Assembly: GCA_963767925.1 (NCBI GenBank)
Contig: CAVYGB010000006.1
Coordinates: 32,001 to 96,000 of the forward strand
Length of the DNA stretch: 64,000 nucleotides
DNA from: an uncultured delta proteobacterium
GTDB lineage: Bacteria; Myxococcota_A; Polyangia; Fen-1088
Reading direction: 5' to 3'
This document shows, piece by piece, positions 1-9,641 of the stretch (positions within the stretch are counted from its first letter, which is position 1; every line of letters begins with the position of its first letter). Below the pieces are notes generated by a model that was not told the origin of the DNA, made no database searches, and saw only the letters and a program-made list of their open reading frames with translations. A program made the position numbers and the translations under genes.

Positions 1-913
1 CGCAGTGGTAGGTCCCGAACTTGAAGTACCACAGGGCGTTCTTTTCCTTCTGGGTGGTCACCTTCAGGCAGTTGTTGAGCCAGATGCGGCCCAGCCCGGT
101 CGGGATGTCGAAGGCGACCTTGATGTTGATCCACTTGCCATTGACGTTGCTGGCGACGGTGCCGGCCCGGTCGCGCATGGTCCCGCCGTTCACCTGGAGG
201 TAGGTGCCGATGTTGCCGCCGCGGGTGCCGGCGGACTTGAATTGCTGGACGACGGTGCCGCTGGTGCCGGGTTCGACCATCACGTCGGCGGAGAAGAGGT
301 GCTCGCCGGTGCCCAGGTCCGAGAAGCGGGTCTCGGTGCGGGGCTTCGTGTTGTTGTTGGGCTTGTGCGGCTGGTCGCCGGGCAAGACCCAAACGGTGTA
401 GACGCCGTCTTCGTACTTGAAGCGATCCCTGGCGGCCAGGTCGCGCGGGCGCTGGACGACGAAGGAGTCCTTGTATTCGGTGAACCCCGCGGTCGGGTCC
501 TCGGGGCAGTCCATCGCGACGAGGGGCGGCACCGGGTTCGTCGTGTAGGCGAGCGGGATGAGCGGCTGCTGGCCGACGCCGCCGTAGTCGACGGGTCCGC
601 TCGGCGGGGTGGTCCCGGAGCCCGCGGTCGAGCCGCCGGCGGCGGCCGGCGGCCCACCGGCGCCGGTGTCGGGGCTGCCCGCGCCCGCCGGCCCGCCGCC
701 GGCGCCGCCCGCCGGACCTTCCGTGCCGCCGGCCCCTGCCGAGCCGTTCGCGCCCCCCGGGACGGAGCCCGGCGAGGTGCCGCCCGACCCGGCCTGACCC
801 CCGGCTCCCGCCGAAGGTCTGGGCCCGAGCGCCTCCCCCGTCGAGCAGCCGAGGAGAAGGCCCAGGGCCGCGATTCCGAGGGCCGCTCCTGCTCGGAGGA
901 CGGCCGGCCCCAT
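1..913 (-). CDS. Polysaccharide lyase family 7-like lipoprotein (3' end runs off the window)
   Basis: Hand-translated from ATG 913, which overlaps the upstream TGA: lipobox LLLGC, Gly/Pro linker, then PRTETRF and WYFKFGTYHC. Clear paralog of 4660-5724. Absent from the ORF track because there is no stop in the window. Confidence 0.75.
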   Translation of the reverse strand, partial: MGPAVLRAGAALGIAALGLLLGCSTGEALGPRPSAGAGGQAGSGGTSPGSVPGGANGSAGAGGTEGPAGGAGGGPAGAGSPDTGAGGPPAAAGGSTAGSGTTPPSGPVDYGGVGQQPLIPLAYTTNPVPPLVAMDCPEDPTAGFTEYKDSFVVQRPRDLAARDRFKYEDGVYTVWVLPGDQPHKPNNNTKPRTETRFSDLGTGEHLFSADVMVEPGTSGTVVQQFKSAGTRGGNIGTYLQVNGGTMRDRAGTVASNVNGKWINIKVAFDIPTGLGRIWLNNCLKVTTQKEKNALWYFKFGTYHC

Positions 914-2260
914 CAGGCGCGCAACCCGGGCCAGGGCTTTCCGTAGCCCGGATCGCCCCACGACTCCATGGGGACGCCCAGGGCGCCGGCCACGTCGGCC
1001 AGCACGCCGTTGAGGGGCTTTCCGGCGCTGAGGGCGCATTGACCCGTCCGGAAGTAGCCGCCGCCCTGCCCGGCCAGGATCCAGGGCTGCTTGTGGCTGT
1101 TGTGGTTCTGGCCGTCTTCCATGTGATTGGTCATCAGCACGACGGTGTTCGACAGCATGGTGCCGCCCTCTTCGGGGATGGCCTTCAGGCGGGCGATGAG
1201 CCCGGCGAGCTGGGTCATGCACCACTTGTCGGCGATGCGCTTGTGGTCGGTCCCGCCGAGGATCGGGTTGTGCCCGAGGTCGTGCCAGTTGCGCAGGCGC
1301 GTGTGAAAGCCGGCGCCCTCGCTCGGGGATCTCGGGCAGGAAGTTCCAGGGCAGGTTGGCCCCGCCGGCGTCGACCATCTGCAGGGCCGCCACCCGCGTG
1401 ACGTCGCACTTCAACGCCGCCACCATCAGGTCGAAGTTCACGTTGAGCGTCGCCGGATAGTTGATCGGAGCGGTGGCGTCCTTGGGCATCAACATCGCCC
1501 CGCCGCACATCGAGACGTCGGCCCGCACCAGCAGCAGGTCCCGCTCGAGATCGCGGATCGCGGACATGTGCCCGCGAACGATGTCGCCGTCCTCCTTGCC
1601 CACCCGGACGGCGAAGGTATCGAGGTCCCGGCCGACGTAGTCGAGGATGCTCTTCTTCTGGGCCAGCAGCCGCGCCACCGCGGGATCGGGCCCGGTGGGC
1701 TGGGCCCCGGCCCCGGCGAACACCCGGGCGTAGGTCTTCCAGGGATCCTGCTCGGGGACCACGATCTGGTCCTTGCCCTTGGCGAAGCAATAGCGGGAGT
1801 TGGCCCCCTCCCCCATGATGCCCTTGTCCGACAGGATGCCGAGGTTGAGGGTGGCCATCGGCAGGTTGTTCGGCTTGGCCAGGGCCGGGCCGACAACCTG
1901 ATCGAAGGTGGCGGAGGTCGGCACGCGGTACTCCCGGACGCCGCTGTTCGAGGTCGCCAGGTGGTTGGGGAAAGAGCCGTGTCCCCCACCGGTGAAGCTG
2001 GGGTGGGTCAGGCCGGGCAGGAAGATCAGATCCGCCTTGTGCGGCTCGAGCGGGCTGGTGGAGTCGGGCAGGGTCTGGCCCAGCAAGGACCCGTCCATGG
2101 GTCGCCAGAACGGCTGGCGATACCCTTCCGTGCTGGCGACGATGATCAGCCGCCTGGGCGCCGCGGCCGCAGCCTGCCCCGACCGCAGCAGCGGCAGGCA
2201 GCCCATGCCCACGCCCAGGGCCTTCAGCACGTCGCGGCGGCGCGTCTCACAGGTCTTCAT
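913..2260 (-). CDS. DUF1552 domain protein (Tat-like signal), with one apparent +1 frameshift near 1315-1322
   Basis: Starts MKTCETRRRDVLKALGVG (ATGA overlap with DUF1592 gene). Collinear with the 29270-30646 paralog (KKSILDYV, RNWHDLGHNP, GGGYFRTGQC) once one extra base after EIPERG is removed. Confidence 0.8.
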
Positions 2261-3987
2261 GGCAGCACCTCTCCGGCGGCAGGGGTCCTTCGCGTGAATG
2301 CATCGCTGCTGACGATGGCGACGAGCAGCTCGCGCAGGTCGTAGGACGAGTCGCGAAACGCCTTCTGAACGCCCTCCAGCGACGGCAGGTCTCCCCGCGT
2401 CTCCTCGCGGCGTATCAGGTACCGCATCCACTGGGTCGCCATGCAGGCGCGCACCTCGTCCGAAGCGGCGAGCGCGGGCAACATCTCGACCGCGTCCTTG
2501 AAGGTCACCGGGCCGGAGCCCAGGAGCAGGGTGCCGCTGGCATCGACCGGCTGCCCGTTGTCGGTGGTGCGGTAGCGGCCGATGCCGTCGTAGTTCTCGA
2601 AGGCGAAGCCGAGGGGATCGAACATCACGTGGCACCCGGCGCAGGGGTTCTTCGAGTGCTCCTCGAAGCGCTGGCGGGTGGTCACCCCCGGGCTCGGCGG
2701 CTTGACGTCCGGGACGACGACGTCGGGGGGCAGGTCGATCTCGTGGCAGAGGACCCGCCGCGCGATCTCGGCGCCGCGCCGGGTGGGGAAAGATCCCTCG
2801 GAGTCGCCGTGCATGGTCAAGAAGGTGAGCTGGGTGAACAACCCCGCCCGCTGCTTCGGGTCCAGGGTCACGGGGGCCAGCGCCTGGCCGGTGACGCCCG
2901 GGATCCCGTAGAGCTTGGCCAGGGTCTCGTCGACGTAGGTCCGGTTCGAGGTGAAGAGCTGATCCATCCGACCGGTGGCTCTCGGCCCCATGAAGATGTC
3001 GGCGACGAAGGCGGCCGTCTCGGCCAGCATGGCCTTGCCGACCTCGGGGGTGAAGTTCAGCGCGGTCGCCTTCTGGGCGGAGACGACCGGCGCCAGGTTC
3101 AACCACTGGGCGGCGAAGTCCGCGTAGACGTCCTTGGCCTTGGGATGAACCAGCAGCCGGCGGGCCTCCTCCTGGATCGACTGGGAGGTCTGCAGCTTGC
3201 CGGCGTCGGCGAGGGCGAACAGACGCTCGTCCGGCATGGAGGCCCAGAAGGAGTAGGACAGCCGCGAGGCCATCTCGTACGAGTTGAACCGGACGAACTT
3301 TCCGTCCCGGAGGGCGGCCCCGGGCGCCAGCTCTCTTCGATAGAGGAAGTTCGGCGACTGCAACAGGGCCATGGTCACGCCGACGATGGCCTCGGAGAAG
3401 GTGGCCCCCGCGGCCGGCTCCCGTTGTGCCTGATACAGCCCGAGCCAGCGCGTCACCTCTTCGTCGACCAGCGGCCGGCGGAAGGCGCGACGGCCGAACT
3501 GGACGATGAACGCGCGCGCGCAGGGCTCGGCGGCGGCGGCGTCCTCGAGACAGGGGACCTGGCGGGCCAGGTTGGGCAGCGCGGCCTGGGCCAGCCGCTC
3601 GGCGCCATCCAGCAGCCTGCGCGCGTCCGTGGCGGTCGTGATCGCCGCGCCGGTCGTGTAGCCGGACGTCCGGGCCTGCTGATCCCCGGCGAGCTCCAGC
3701 GTCGGAGCGTTGTCGACCCCCAGGAGGTCCCGGAGGGTGTTCCGGTACTCCAGCAGAGTCAGCCGGCGGAGCTGGGAGGCTCCGGGCTCGCTGTTCACGG
3801 GCGCCGGCGGGAGGTTCCCGGCCCCCGGCGCCGAGGGGCTGCCAGGACCAGGACCGGCCCCGGGGCCGGTGGACAGCGAGGGCCCACCGAGGATGTCTCC
3901 CGTGCAGCCCAGGAGGAGCAGAGACACCGCGAGGGGGGCTCCGGGGAGAACAGAACCAGCAGCTAGCGTTCGGCCCAGATTCGCCAT
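2257..3987 (-). CDS. DUF1592/DUF1588/DUF1595-family lipoprotein with CxxCH
   Basis: Lipobox LLLGC, LRRLTLLEYRNTLRDLLG, ASRLSYSFWASMPD, CAGCH, DPLGFAFENYDGIGRYR; AAGGAG RBS before ATG 3987. Confidence 0.88.
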   Translation of the reverse strand: MANLGRTLAAGSVLPGAPLAVSLLLLGCTGDILGGPSLSTGPGAGPGPGSPSAPGAGNLPPAPVNSEPGASQLRRLTLLEYRNTLRDLLGVDNAPTLELAGDQQARTSGYTTGAAITTATDARRLLDGAERLAQAALPNLARQVPCLEDAAAAEPCARAFIVQFGRRAFRRPLVDEEVTRWLGLYQAQREPAAGATFSEAIVGVTMALLQSPNFLYRRELAPGAALRDGKFVRFNSYEMASRLSYSFWASMPDERLFALADAGKLQTSQSIQEEARRLLVHPKAKDVYADFAAQWLNLAPVVSAQKATALNFTPEVGKAMLAETAAFVADIFMGPRATGRMDQLFTSNRTYVDETLAKLYGIPGVTGQALAPVTLDPKQRAGLFTQLTFLTMHGDSEGSFPTRRGAEIARRVLCHEIDLPPDVVVPDVKPPSPGVTTRQRFEEHSKNPCAGCHVMFDPLGFAFENYDGIGRYRTTDNGQPVDASGTLLLGSGPVTFKDAVEMLPALAASDEVRACMATQWMRYLIRREETRGDLPSLEGVQKAFRDSSYDLRELLVAIVSSDAFTRRTPAAGEVLP

Positions 3988-4585
3988 CGAACTCCTTCTC
4001 GGCTTCGGGTCAGCTTCTCTAGCGCGATACATTATTCATCCGCGGCCCGGCCAGTGTGCCGGTGCGGTCGGCGAGGCAACGTTTCCATGGCCGGAGCCAC
4101 GGACGACCCAGCTCGTCGATGGGAGGTGTGTGCGCGGATCAACGGGAGACATAGCCAATGCAATCTCGCTCACGAGATTGTCTGATTATTGAGGAGTGTC
4201 GCCGGGGCGGTTCCAGCGACCGGGATTCGCATCAGGGCCCGGTGCGAGGCGACTTCATCCATTCCGCACCCACACGATAGGCCCAAGGTCGCCCAGCAAG
4301 ACCACCGGTGGTCGCCGCTCATCGCCGCCAGGCTGGTCCTGGTGCGCCCACCTTCGCGGGCAGCAGAGGTCCGTCCCCACCTGGACCGACAGGCGCGAGC
4401 GACGCCTCCGGCGGCGGGGACGGCGGGCGCAGCGCCACGCGGAGCAACGTCGGCCTGCCCGCCGGCAAGGTCGCCGGCACCTTCAACGCCGCGGAGAAGA
4501 TGACTGTGGTTCTCTCTCCGCGGGCGTCTGCGGCCGTGGAAAGAGGGTCGAGAGTGAGGGGCGGTTGCTGCCCCGGAGGCCTCTA

Positions 4586-4639
4586 ACCCGGCGCGCAGAC
4601 GCGCCGACCACTCCCCCCGTCAGACCGCGGGGGGAGGTG
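4586..4639. repeat. REP-like double-hairpin dispersed repeat, copy 1
   Basis: CGGCGCG-CAGA-CGCGCCG followed by CTCCCCCCG...CGGGGGGAG; near-identical copy at 8338-8391. Confidence 0.75.
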
Positions 4640-4659
4640 AATGGGCCGGGCGGCGGGGG

Positions 4660-5724
4660 CTACTTCTTGTAGAGGTGGATGTTCTTGTAGTGGCTGAAGC
4701 AGCCGTTCTGGGAGGTCTTGCAGAAGTAGACCCCGTTCTTGAAGTAGAAGTTCCCGTCGCCGCGGGGGCCCTTGTAGGTCGATTTGAGGCAGTTGTTGAT
4801 GTAGATCTTCACCTCCTGATTGGAGGTGTCGAGCGACGCCTTGAAGTTGAACCACCTGTCGATCAGGCCGCCGGCCACGCTGCTGCCCTGGACCACGGTC
4901 AAGCTGCCGTTGTTGACCATGTCGCTGTTGGCCTGAACGCGCAGGCCGATCGGGCCGCCGCCGTCGGCGGTTGTGTGAATCTGCATGATGGCCGAGTTGA
5001 CGGCGTTGCGCTCGATGAGCATGTCGGCGCTGTAAAGGCGCATGCCGGTCTGGAAGTTGCGGCCGGTGGCCCGGTCGGCGGTGCCGCCGTAGCGGGCCTC
5101 CGTGCGGGGGTTGCGTCCGTTGGCGTTCGGGCTGTGGGGGGCGTCGTTGGGGAACACCCAGAAGTTGTAGATGCCGCCGGTGATGCTGAAGCGGGTGTTG
5201 ATCGGCTGGTCGTGGGGGCGCTGGACGTTGAAGGAGTCCTGGTATTCGGTCCAGCCCTCGGTCGGATCGCCGGGGCACTCCATCTGCACGATGGGACCCA
5301 CCTCGGGGCCGTAATAGATGGGAATCTCTCCCGCGTAGCTCGGCTGCGGGCCGCCGTCGCTGCCCATCGGGGTGCTGCTGTCCACCACCGGGCCGCCGGC
5401 GTCCCGGCGCGCGCCCGGACCGGCGTCCGCCGCGCCGCCACCCGCGTCCGGCCGGGCGCTGCCGCCCACGCCGCCGCCGCCCACGCCGGCGCTGCCGCCC
5501 ACGCCGGCGCTGCCGCCGCCCGCGCTGCCGCCGCTGCCGCTCTGACCGCCCGTCCCCCCCGAGCCGGCGCCACCCATGGCCGGACCACCAGGCTGCTGGG
5601 GGGCGCCACCGGGTCCTGGCGGTGGGCCGCCAGCGGGCGGCATGTCCTCGGAGCAGCCGGCGGCCACCCCGATGAGGAACAGGATCTGGACCGGACTGCG
5701 AACGAAACGGCGGATGAGCCCCAT
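4660..5724 (-). CDS. Polysaccharide lyase family 7-like lipoprotein
   Basis: Lipobox VAAGC, Gly-rich linker, PL7-like motifs PRTEARY, MQIH, FYFKNGVY; GGAGG RBS. Confidence 0.8.
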   Translation of the reverse strand: MGLIRRFVRSPVQILFLIGVAAGCSEDMPPAGGPPPGPGGAPQQPGGPAMGGAGSGGTGGQSGSGGSAGGGSAGVGGSAGVGGGGVGGSARPDAGGGAADAGPGARRDAGGPVVDSSTPMGSDGGPQPSYAGEIPIYYGPEVGPIVQMECPGDPTEGWTEYQDSFNVQRPHDQPINTRFSITGGIYNFWVFPNDAPHSPNANGRNPRTEARYGGTADRATGRNFQTGMRLYSADMLIERNAVNSAIMQIHTTADGGGPIGLRVQANSDMVNNGSLTVVQGSSVAGGLIDRWFNFKASLDTSNQEVKIYINNCLKSTYKGPRGDGNFYFKNGVYFCKTSQNGCFSHYKNIHLYKK

Positions 5725-5894
5725 GGATCGTGTGCCTCCTGCGCTGCCGCGCGGCGGGGATGTTAACAGCATCGGCGCCCGCGCGCAGGGCGGGCTTTCT
5801 CGGCCATCAGGCCCGCCAACGCTGCGACGACAACGGAGAATCCCGGAGACCTAGCGCGCGAATATTATACGATGCGGACGAATATGGGAAGCGT

Positions 5895-6635
5895 CTAGGG
5901 GGCCTCGTCGGGCTCGTACAGCGGGCGGACGTCGATCTCGAGGGTGCCTCCCAGGAGGGCGGCGTAGCGGGTGCACTCCTGGATCGCCACCTCCAGCGAG
6001 GGGAGCTTCAGCACGGCGAAGCCGCCGATCAGCTCCTTCGACTCCGAGAACGGGCCGTCGATCGCGTGGAGGGCGTTGCTGGTGAAGACGAGGCGCTTGC
6101 TGTTCGAGCTGGGCTGCAGGGTCTCCGCCGAGGTCAACACGCCGGCCTTCTTCATCTCCGTCTTGAGGCGGGTGAGATCGGCCTTCTGCTTCGGGGTGCG
6201 GGGCTGGCCGGCCTCGGTGGTCTTGTCCGCCTTCGGCAACATGAGGATCCGCAGGGGCGCGTTCTCCGGCTTCGACCCGAAGCCGAGATCCCAGGGCTCG
6301 GTCACCGGGCCGAGCTCGATCTCGGCGTCGCCGAGGATCTTGCCGAAGCGCTCGCCCCAGCCGATCGCTTCTTCGCGGGTCTTGACGGTGAGGAGCAGGG
6401 TCTCGGCCGGCAGCTCGTTCGAGCCCCCGTAGGGGCCGTGTTTCACCGTGCAGCGCCCGTCCCGGAAGGTGAGGCGCGTGCGCGTCGAGCTGGCCTGCAG
6501 CCCCTCGCCGCCGAGGAACGTTCCCCGCTTCAGGTGCTCGCCGATGTACTCGCCCATCTGCGCGACGAGCTCGGGCCCCGGCGGCACGCCGGCCTCGGTT
6601 TGCGCGTCGTGTTTGTGCATGACCATGAATCGCAT
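5895..6635 (-). CDS. YciI/DGPF family protein (two tandem domains)
   Basis: HGPYGGSNEL and DGPFSESKELIGGF motifs. Confidence 0.88.
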   Translation of the reverse strand: MRFMVMHKHDAQTEAGVPPGPELVAQMGEYIGEHLKRGTFLGGEGLQASSTRTRLTFRDGRCTVKHGPYGGSNELPAETLLLTVKTREEAIGWGERFGKILGDAEIELGPVTEPWDLGFGSKPENAPLRILMLPKADKTTEAGQPRTPKQKADLTRLKTEMKKAGVLTSAETLQPSSNSKRLVFTSNALHAIDGPFSESKELIGGFAVLKLPSLEVAIQECTRYAALLGGTLEIDVRPLYEPDEAP

Positions 6636-6672
6636 CTGTCTCTCCGTTCACGTTCGGGGTTGGGGGATGTCG

Positions 6673-7089
6673 CTAGGCGGCCGAGGGCGCGGCCAGAAAC
6701 ATACGCAGGCGGGCGCTCCGCAGGTAGTACCCGGCCCAGAGGATCACCCCCATGAGGATGGAGAACCAGAACGGGTCGCCGATGCGCACGTGGGTGACGG
6801 TGGCTCCGCCGAGGTAGGCGGTCACCAGCACCGCGCCGAGGAGCGCTGTCCGCGGCACCAGGTGGAGCAGCGTGCAGGCCAGCAGGAGCAGCCCGATGTG
6901 AGGGGCCAGCTCGGCGGGGAAGCCGAGCCGCTGGCACGACTCGATGACCGCCGGGATGGGGAGCAGCTTGATGGCGCCGTCGAAGAGCAGGAACGCTCCT
7001 GCCAGGCCGGTCAGCCCGCGGCCGAGCCAGACGAGCTTCTTCGAGGTGGGGGCGGCGATCAGGACGGGTGAAGCGAGTGCATTTTCCAT
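6673..7089 (-). CDS. DoxX family membrane protein
   Basis: FLLFDGAIKL and GAVLVTAYLGGATVTHVR; four hydrophobic segments. Confidence 0.85.
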   Translation of the reverse strand: MENALASPVLIAAPTSKKLVWLGRGLTGLAGAFLLFDGAIKLLPIPAVIESCQRLGFPAELAPHIGLLLLACTLLHLVPRTALLGAVLVTAYLGGATVTHVRIGDPFWFSILMGVILWAGYYLRSARLRMFLAAPSAA

Positions 7090-7142
7090 GAGAGTCCTCC
7101 GGGTCTTTGTTGCGCCGGCCTCGCGCCGGCTCTCGCAGACAC

Positions 7143-7169
7143 GACGGACCGCCCGCCCCCCGGTCGACA
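7143..7169 (-). promoter_or_regulatory. ECF42-type promoter TGTCGA-N17-CGTC for the doxX-yciI operon
   Basis: Same motif, spacing and upstream A-tract as 19703-19729; both precede DGPF genes. Confidence 0.65.
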
Positions 7170-7259
7170 GGGCCGGCGATCTTTTTTCAAATAGCTGGAT
7201 TCATTGACAAATCACCGTGGCCCCACAGACCCAAAGCGTCCGCCGGGGTATGGTAGGGC

Positions 7260-7451
7260 GTGGCGGACGAGGAGCAGGAGCCGGCGCAGGAGGAGGCCGC
7301 GGTCGGCGCGGCGATCCGCAGCGGCGACCCGGCGGCGTTCGCTGCCCTCGGCGAGCGCTACCGGCAGCAGCTCCGGGTGCATTGCTACCGGATGCTCGGC
7401 TCGTTCGGGGAGGCGGAGGACCTGGTCCAGGAGACGCTGCTGCGGGCCTGG
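7260..7451 (+). pseudogene. Truncated ECF sigma factor (SigG/SnoaL type), region 2 only
   Basis: [32 protein letters not shown] matches 11571-12605; similarity stops abruptly after RAW. Confidence 0.8.
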
Positions 7452-7507
7452 TTTTTTCTCCGGCCGGGGTCTACGCAGATGGGACCTGGAAAAACAGGAG
7501 GTTCAGG

Positions 7508-8287
7508 ATGAACACGTTGCTCTCGAGAGATGGGACCCGGATCGCGTTCGATCGGATCGGCCAGGGGCCGCCGATCGTCCTCGTGGTGGGCGCCTTCAAC
7601 GATCGGTCGACCGGGGCGCCCCTCGCCGCCCACCTGTCGGCGCGCTTTTCGGTCTACACCTACGACCGCCGCGGCCGCGGCGACAGCGGGGACACGGCGC
7701 CTTACGAGGTCGACCGGGAGATCGACGATCTCGCCGCTCTGCTCGCGGAGGCCGGGGGCGCGGCCGCCGTGTTCGGCTTCTCGTCGGGCGCCGTGCTGGC
7801 CCTGAAGGCGGCAGCGCGGGGCCTGGCCATCACCCGGCTCGCCCTCTACGAAGCGCCGCTCGGCTCCCCCCTGGCCTCGGCGGAGCATCCGGCGCGGCTG
7901 GCGACCCTGATCGCCGAGGGCCGGCGGGGCGAGGCGGTGGAATATTTCCAGGCCCGGGTGGTGGGGTTGCCCGAAGACCTCGTCGCCCGGCTCCGGCACG
8001 CGCCCTTCCGCCCCGGGCTGGAGCGGATGGCCCCCACCCTTGTCTACGACTGCCTGATCCTGGGCGACGGCTCGCTCCCGGACGCGGTCGCCGCCGCCGT
8101 CGCGCCGCCGACGCTCGTGATGGCGGGCGGCGCGAGCCCACCTTTCATGCAGCAGGCCGCGCGGGCGCTGGCGGCGGCTCTGCCCGACGGGCGGGCCGTC
8201 CTCCTCGAGGGCCAGGGTCACGATCTCGTGCCGGCGGCGCTCGGTCCCCCGCTCGAGCGCTTCTTCTCCGACCCGGGGCGTTCCTAG
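7508..8287 (+). CDS. Alpha/beta fold hydrolase
   Basis: [23 protein letters not shown] nucleophile elbow, GQGH; AGGAGG RBS. Confidence 0.88.
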   Translation: MNTLLSRDGTRIAFDRIGQGPPIVLVVGAFNDRSTGAPLAAHLSARFSVYTYDRRGRGDSGDTAPYEVDREIDDLAALLAEAGGAAAVFGFSSGAVLALKAAARGLAITRLALYEAPLGSPLASAEHPARLATLIAEGRRGEAVEYFQARVVGLPEDLVARLRHAPFRPGLERMAPTLVYDCLILGDGSLPDAVAAAVAPPTLVMAGGASPPFMQQAARALAAALPDGRAVLLEGQGHDLVPAALGPPLERFFSDPGRS

Positions 8288-8337
8288 ACGAGGCGGTCGG
8301 AGGGGCGACCCCTGGTCGCCGGGGCGGGCGGCTTCTC

Positions 8338-8391
8338 ACCCGGCGCGCAGACGCGCCGACCTCTCCCCCCGGCAGACCGCGGGGAGAGGTG
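8338..8391. repeat. REP-like double-hairpin dispersed repeat, copy 2
   Basis: Matches 4586-4639 with a few substitutions in the second hairpin. Confidence 0.75.
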
Positions 8392-8518
8392 GCAGATGTG
8401 ATGTACGCGCGCTTGCCTGTCTTGCCGGGGCGCGCGGGGCCGACATAAGCTGCGGCCCGGGACCTGGCCGCCCGCCCGGAGCACGCCTCCGGGGCGGGAG
8501 CTTCCCGAGGAGAGACCC

Positions 8519-9070
8519 ATGAGCCGGTACGTTGCGCTGCTGCGCGGGATCAACGTCGGCGGCAAGAACCTGATCAAGATGACGGCGCTGAAGGCCTGCT
8601 TCGAGGAGCACGGGCTCCGGAACGTCACGACCTTCATCCAGAGCGGCAACGTGCTGTTCGAGACCGCCCGCTCCGGCCAGGCCACCCTGGTCCGGGAGAT
8701 CGAGGAGCTCCTCGGCGCCACCTTCGATTACCAGGCCACCATCGTGCTGCGCAGCCACAAGCAGCTCCGGGAGACCGTCGAGCGCGCGCCGGCCGGCTTC
8801 GGCAGCCAGCCGGCCCTCTACCGCTACGACGCCATCTTCCTGATGGACGAGGTGAAGGCCCCCGCCGCGCTCGCGACGATCCCCACCCGGGAGGGGGTCG
8901 ACGCGGGCCATGCCGGCAAGGGCGTCATCTACTTCTCCCGCCTGATCAGCCGGGCCACCCAGAGCCGGCTCGGCCGGATCGCCGCCCTCCCCATCTACCA
9001 GCGCCTGACCATCCGCAACTGGAACACGACGACCCGGCTGCTGCAGATGATGGACGACGCCGAGGCCTGA
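8519..9070 (+). CDS. DUF1697 domain protein
   Basis: YVALLRGINVGG, TFIQSGNV, TIRNWNT signatures. Confidence 0.9.
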   Translation: MSRYVALLRGINVGGKNLIKMTALKACFEEHGLRNVTTFIQSGNVLFETARSGQATLVREIEELLGATFDYQATIVLRSHKQLRETVERAPAGFGSQPALYRYDAIFLMDEVKAPAALATIPTREGVDAGHAGKGVIYFSRLISRATQSRLGRIAALPIYQRLTIRNWNTTTRLLQMMDDAEA

Positions 9071-9091
9071 GCGGGCGGCCGGGCCGGCCCA

Positions 9092-9613
9092 TCACTTCGC
9101 CGGCGCGGACGCGGCGGGTGCAGGCGCCTTGGCGGCCGAGGCGGCCAGGGCGGCCTTGGCGGCGAGGACCTGGTCGTCGTCGGGCCGGCGCACCGCCTGG
9201 CGGCCGATCATCTGCCAGCCGGCCGGGCCCTTCGCCCAGACGGTGAGGACGATGAGCTTGCTGATCGTCACCTTGTCCTTGCCCCGCTGGTGCATGTCGG
9301 TCTTGCCGTTGACCAGGGCGACGTTGCCGAGCAGGCGGACGGTGGTGTCGGCGAACTCGATCGCCTCCCAGCCGCCGCTGTCGACGATGTGGGGGATGGC
9401 CTGGGCCTTGGTCTCGACGCTGGCGCTGGAGTGGCCGTAGCTGAGGTCGGGGTGGAAGATCTTCTCCAGGGCGGCGCGGTCCTTCTTCAGCATCGCCACC
9501 TTCCAGGTGTCGAGCGCGGCCAGCACCGCCTTCTCGCCGGCGCTGGCGGCGAACGCCGGCCGCACGGTCAGGACGAACGCGAACGTGCTCAGGATCAGGA
9601 CGAGTCTGCGCAT
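9092..9613 (-). CDS. Secreted NTF2-like (DUF4440) protein
   Basis: Signal peptide ending AFA; LSYGHSS..ETKAQ; VWAKGPAGWQMIGRQ; AAGGAGG RBS. Confidence 0.8.
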   Translation of the reverse strand: MRRLVLILSTFAFVLTVRPAFAASAGEKAVLAALDTWKVAMLKKDRAALEKIFHPDLSYGHSSASVETKAQAIPHIVDSGGWEAIEFADTTVRLLGNVALVNGKTDMHQRGKDKVTISKLIVLTVWAKGPAGWQMIGRQAVRRPDDDQVLAAKAALAASAAKAPAPAASAPAK

Positions 9614-9641
9614 GGGCCCTCCTTGGCGTTGGGGGCCGAGC

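Noticed and set aside
1..2260. Single DUF1552-PL7 fusion ORF running off the window
   Set aside because: The open frame arises from the +1 indel near 1318. The paralog shows the true DUF1552 C-terminus ends at 913, and the PL7 gene has its own lipoprotein signal.
4308..4586. Small ORF with faint resemblance to a DUF1592 segment (GKVAGTF)
   Set aside because: The similarity is only a few residues and there is no RBS or other support.
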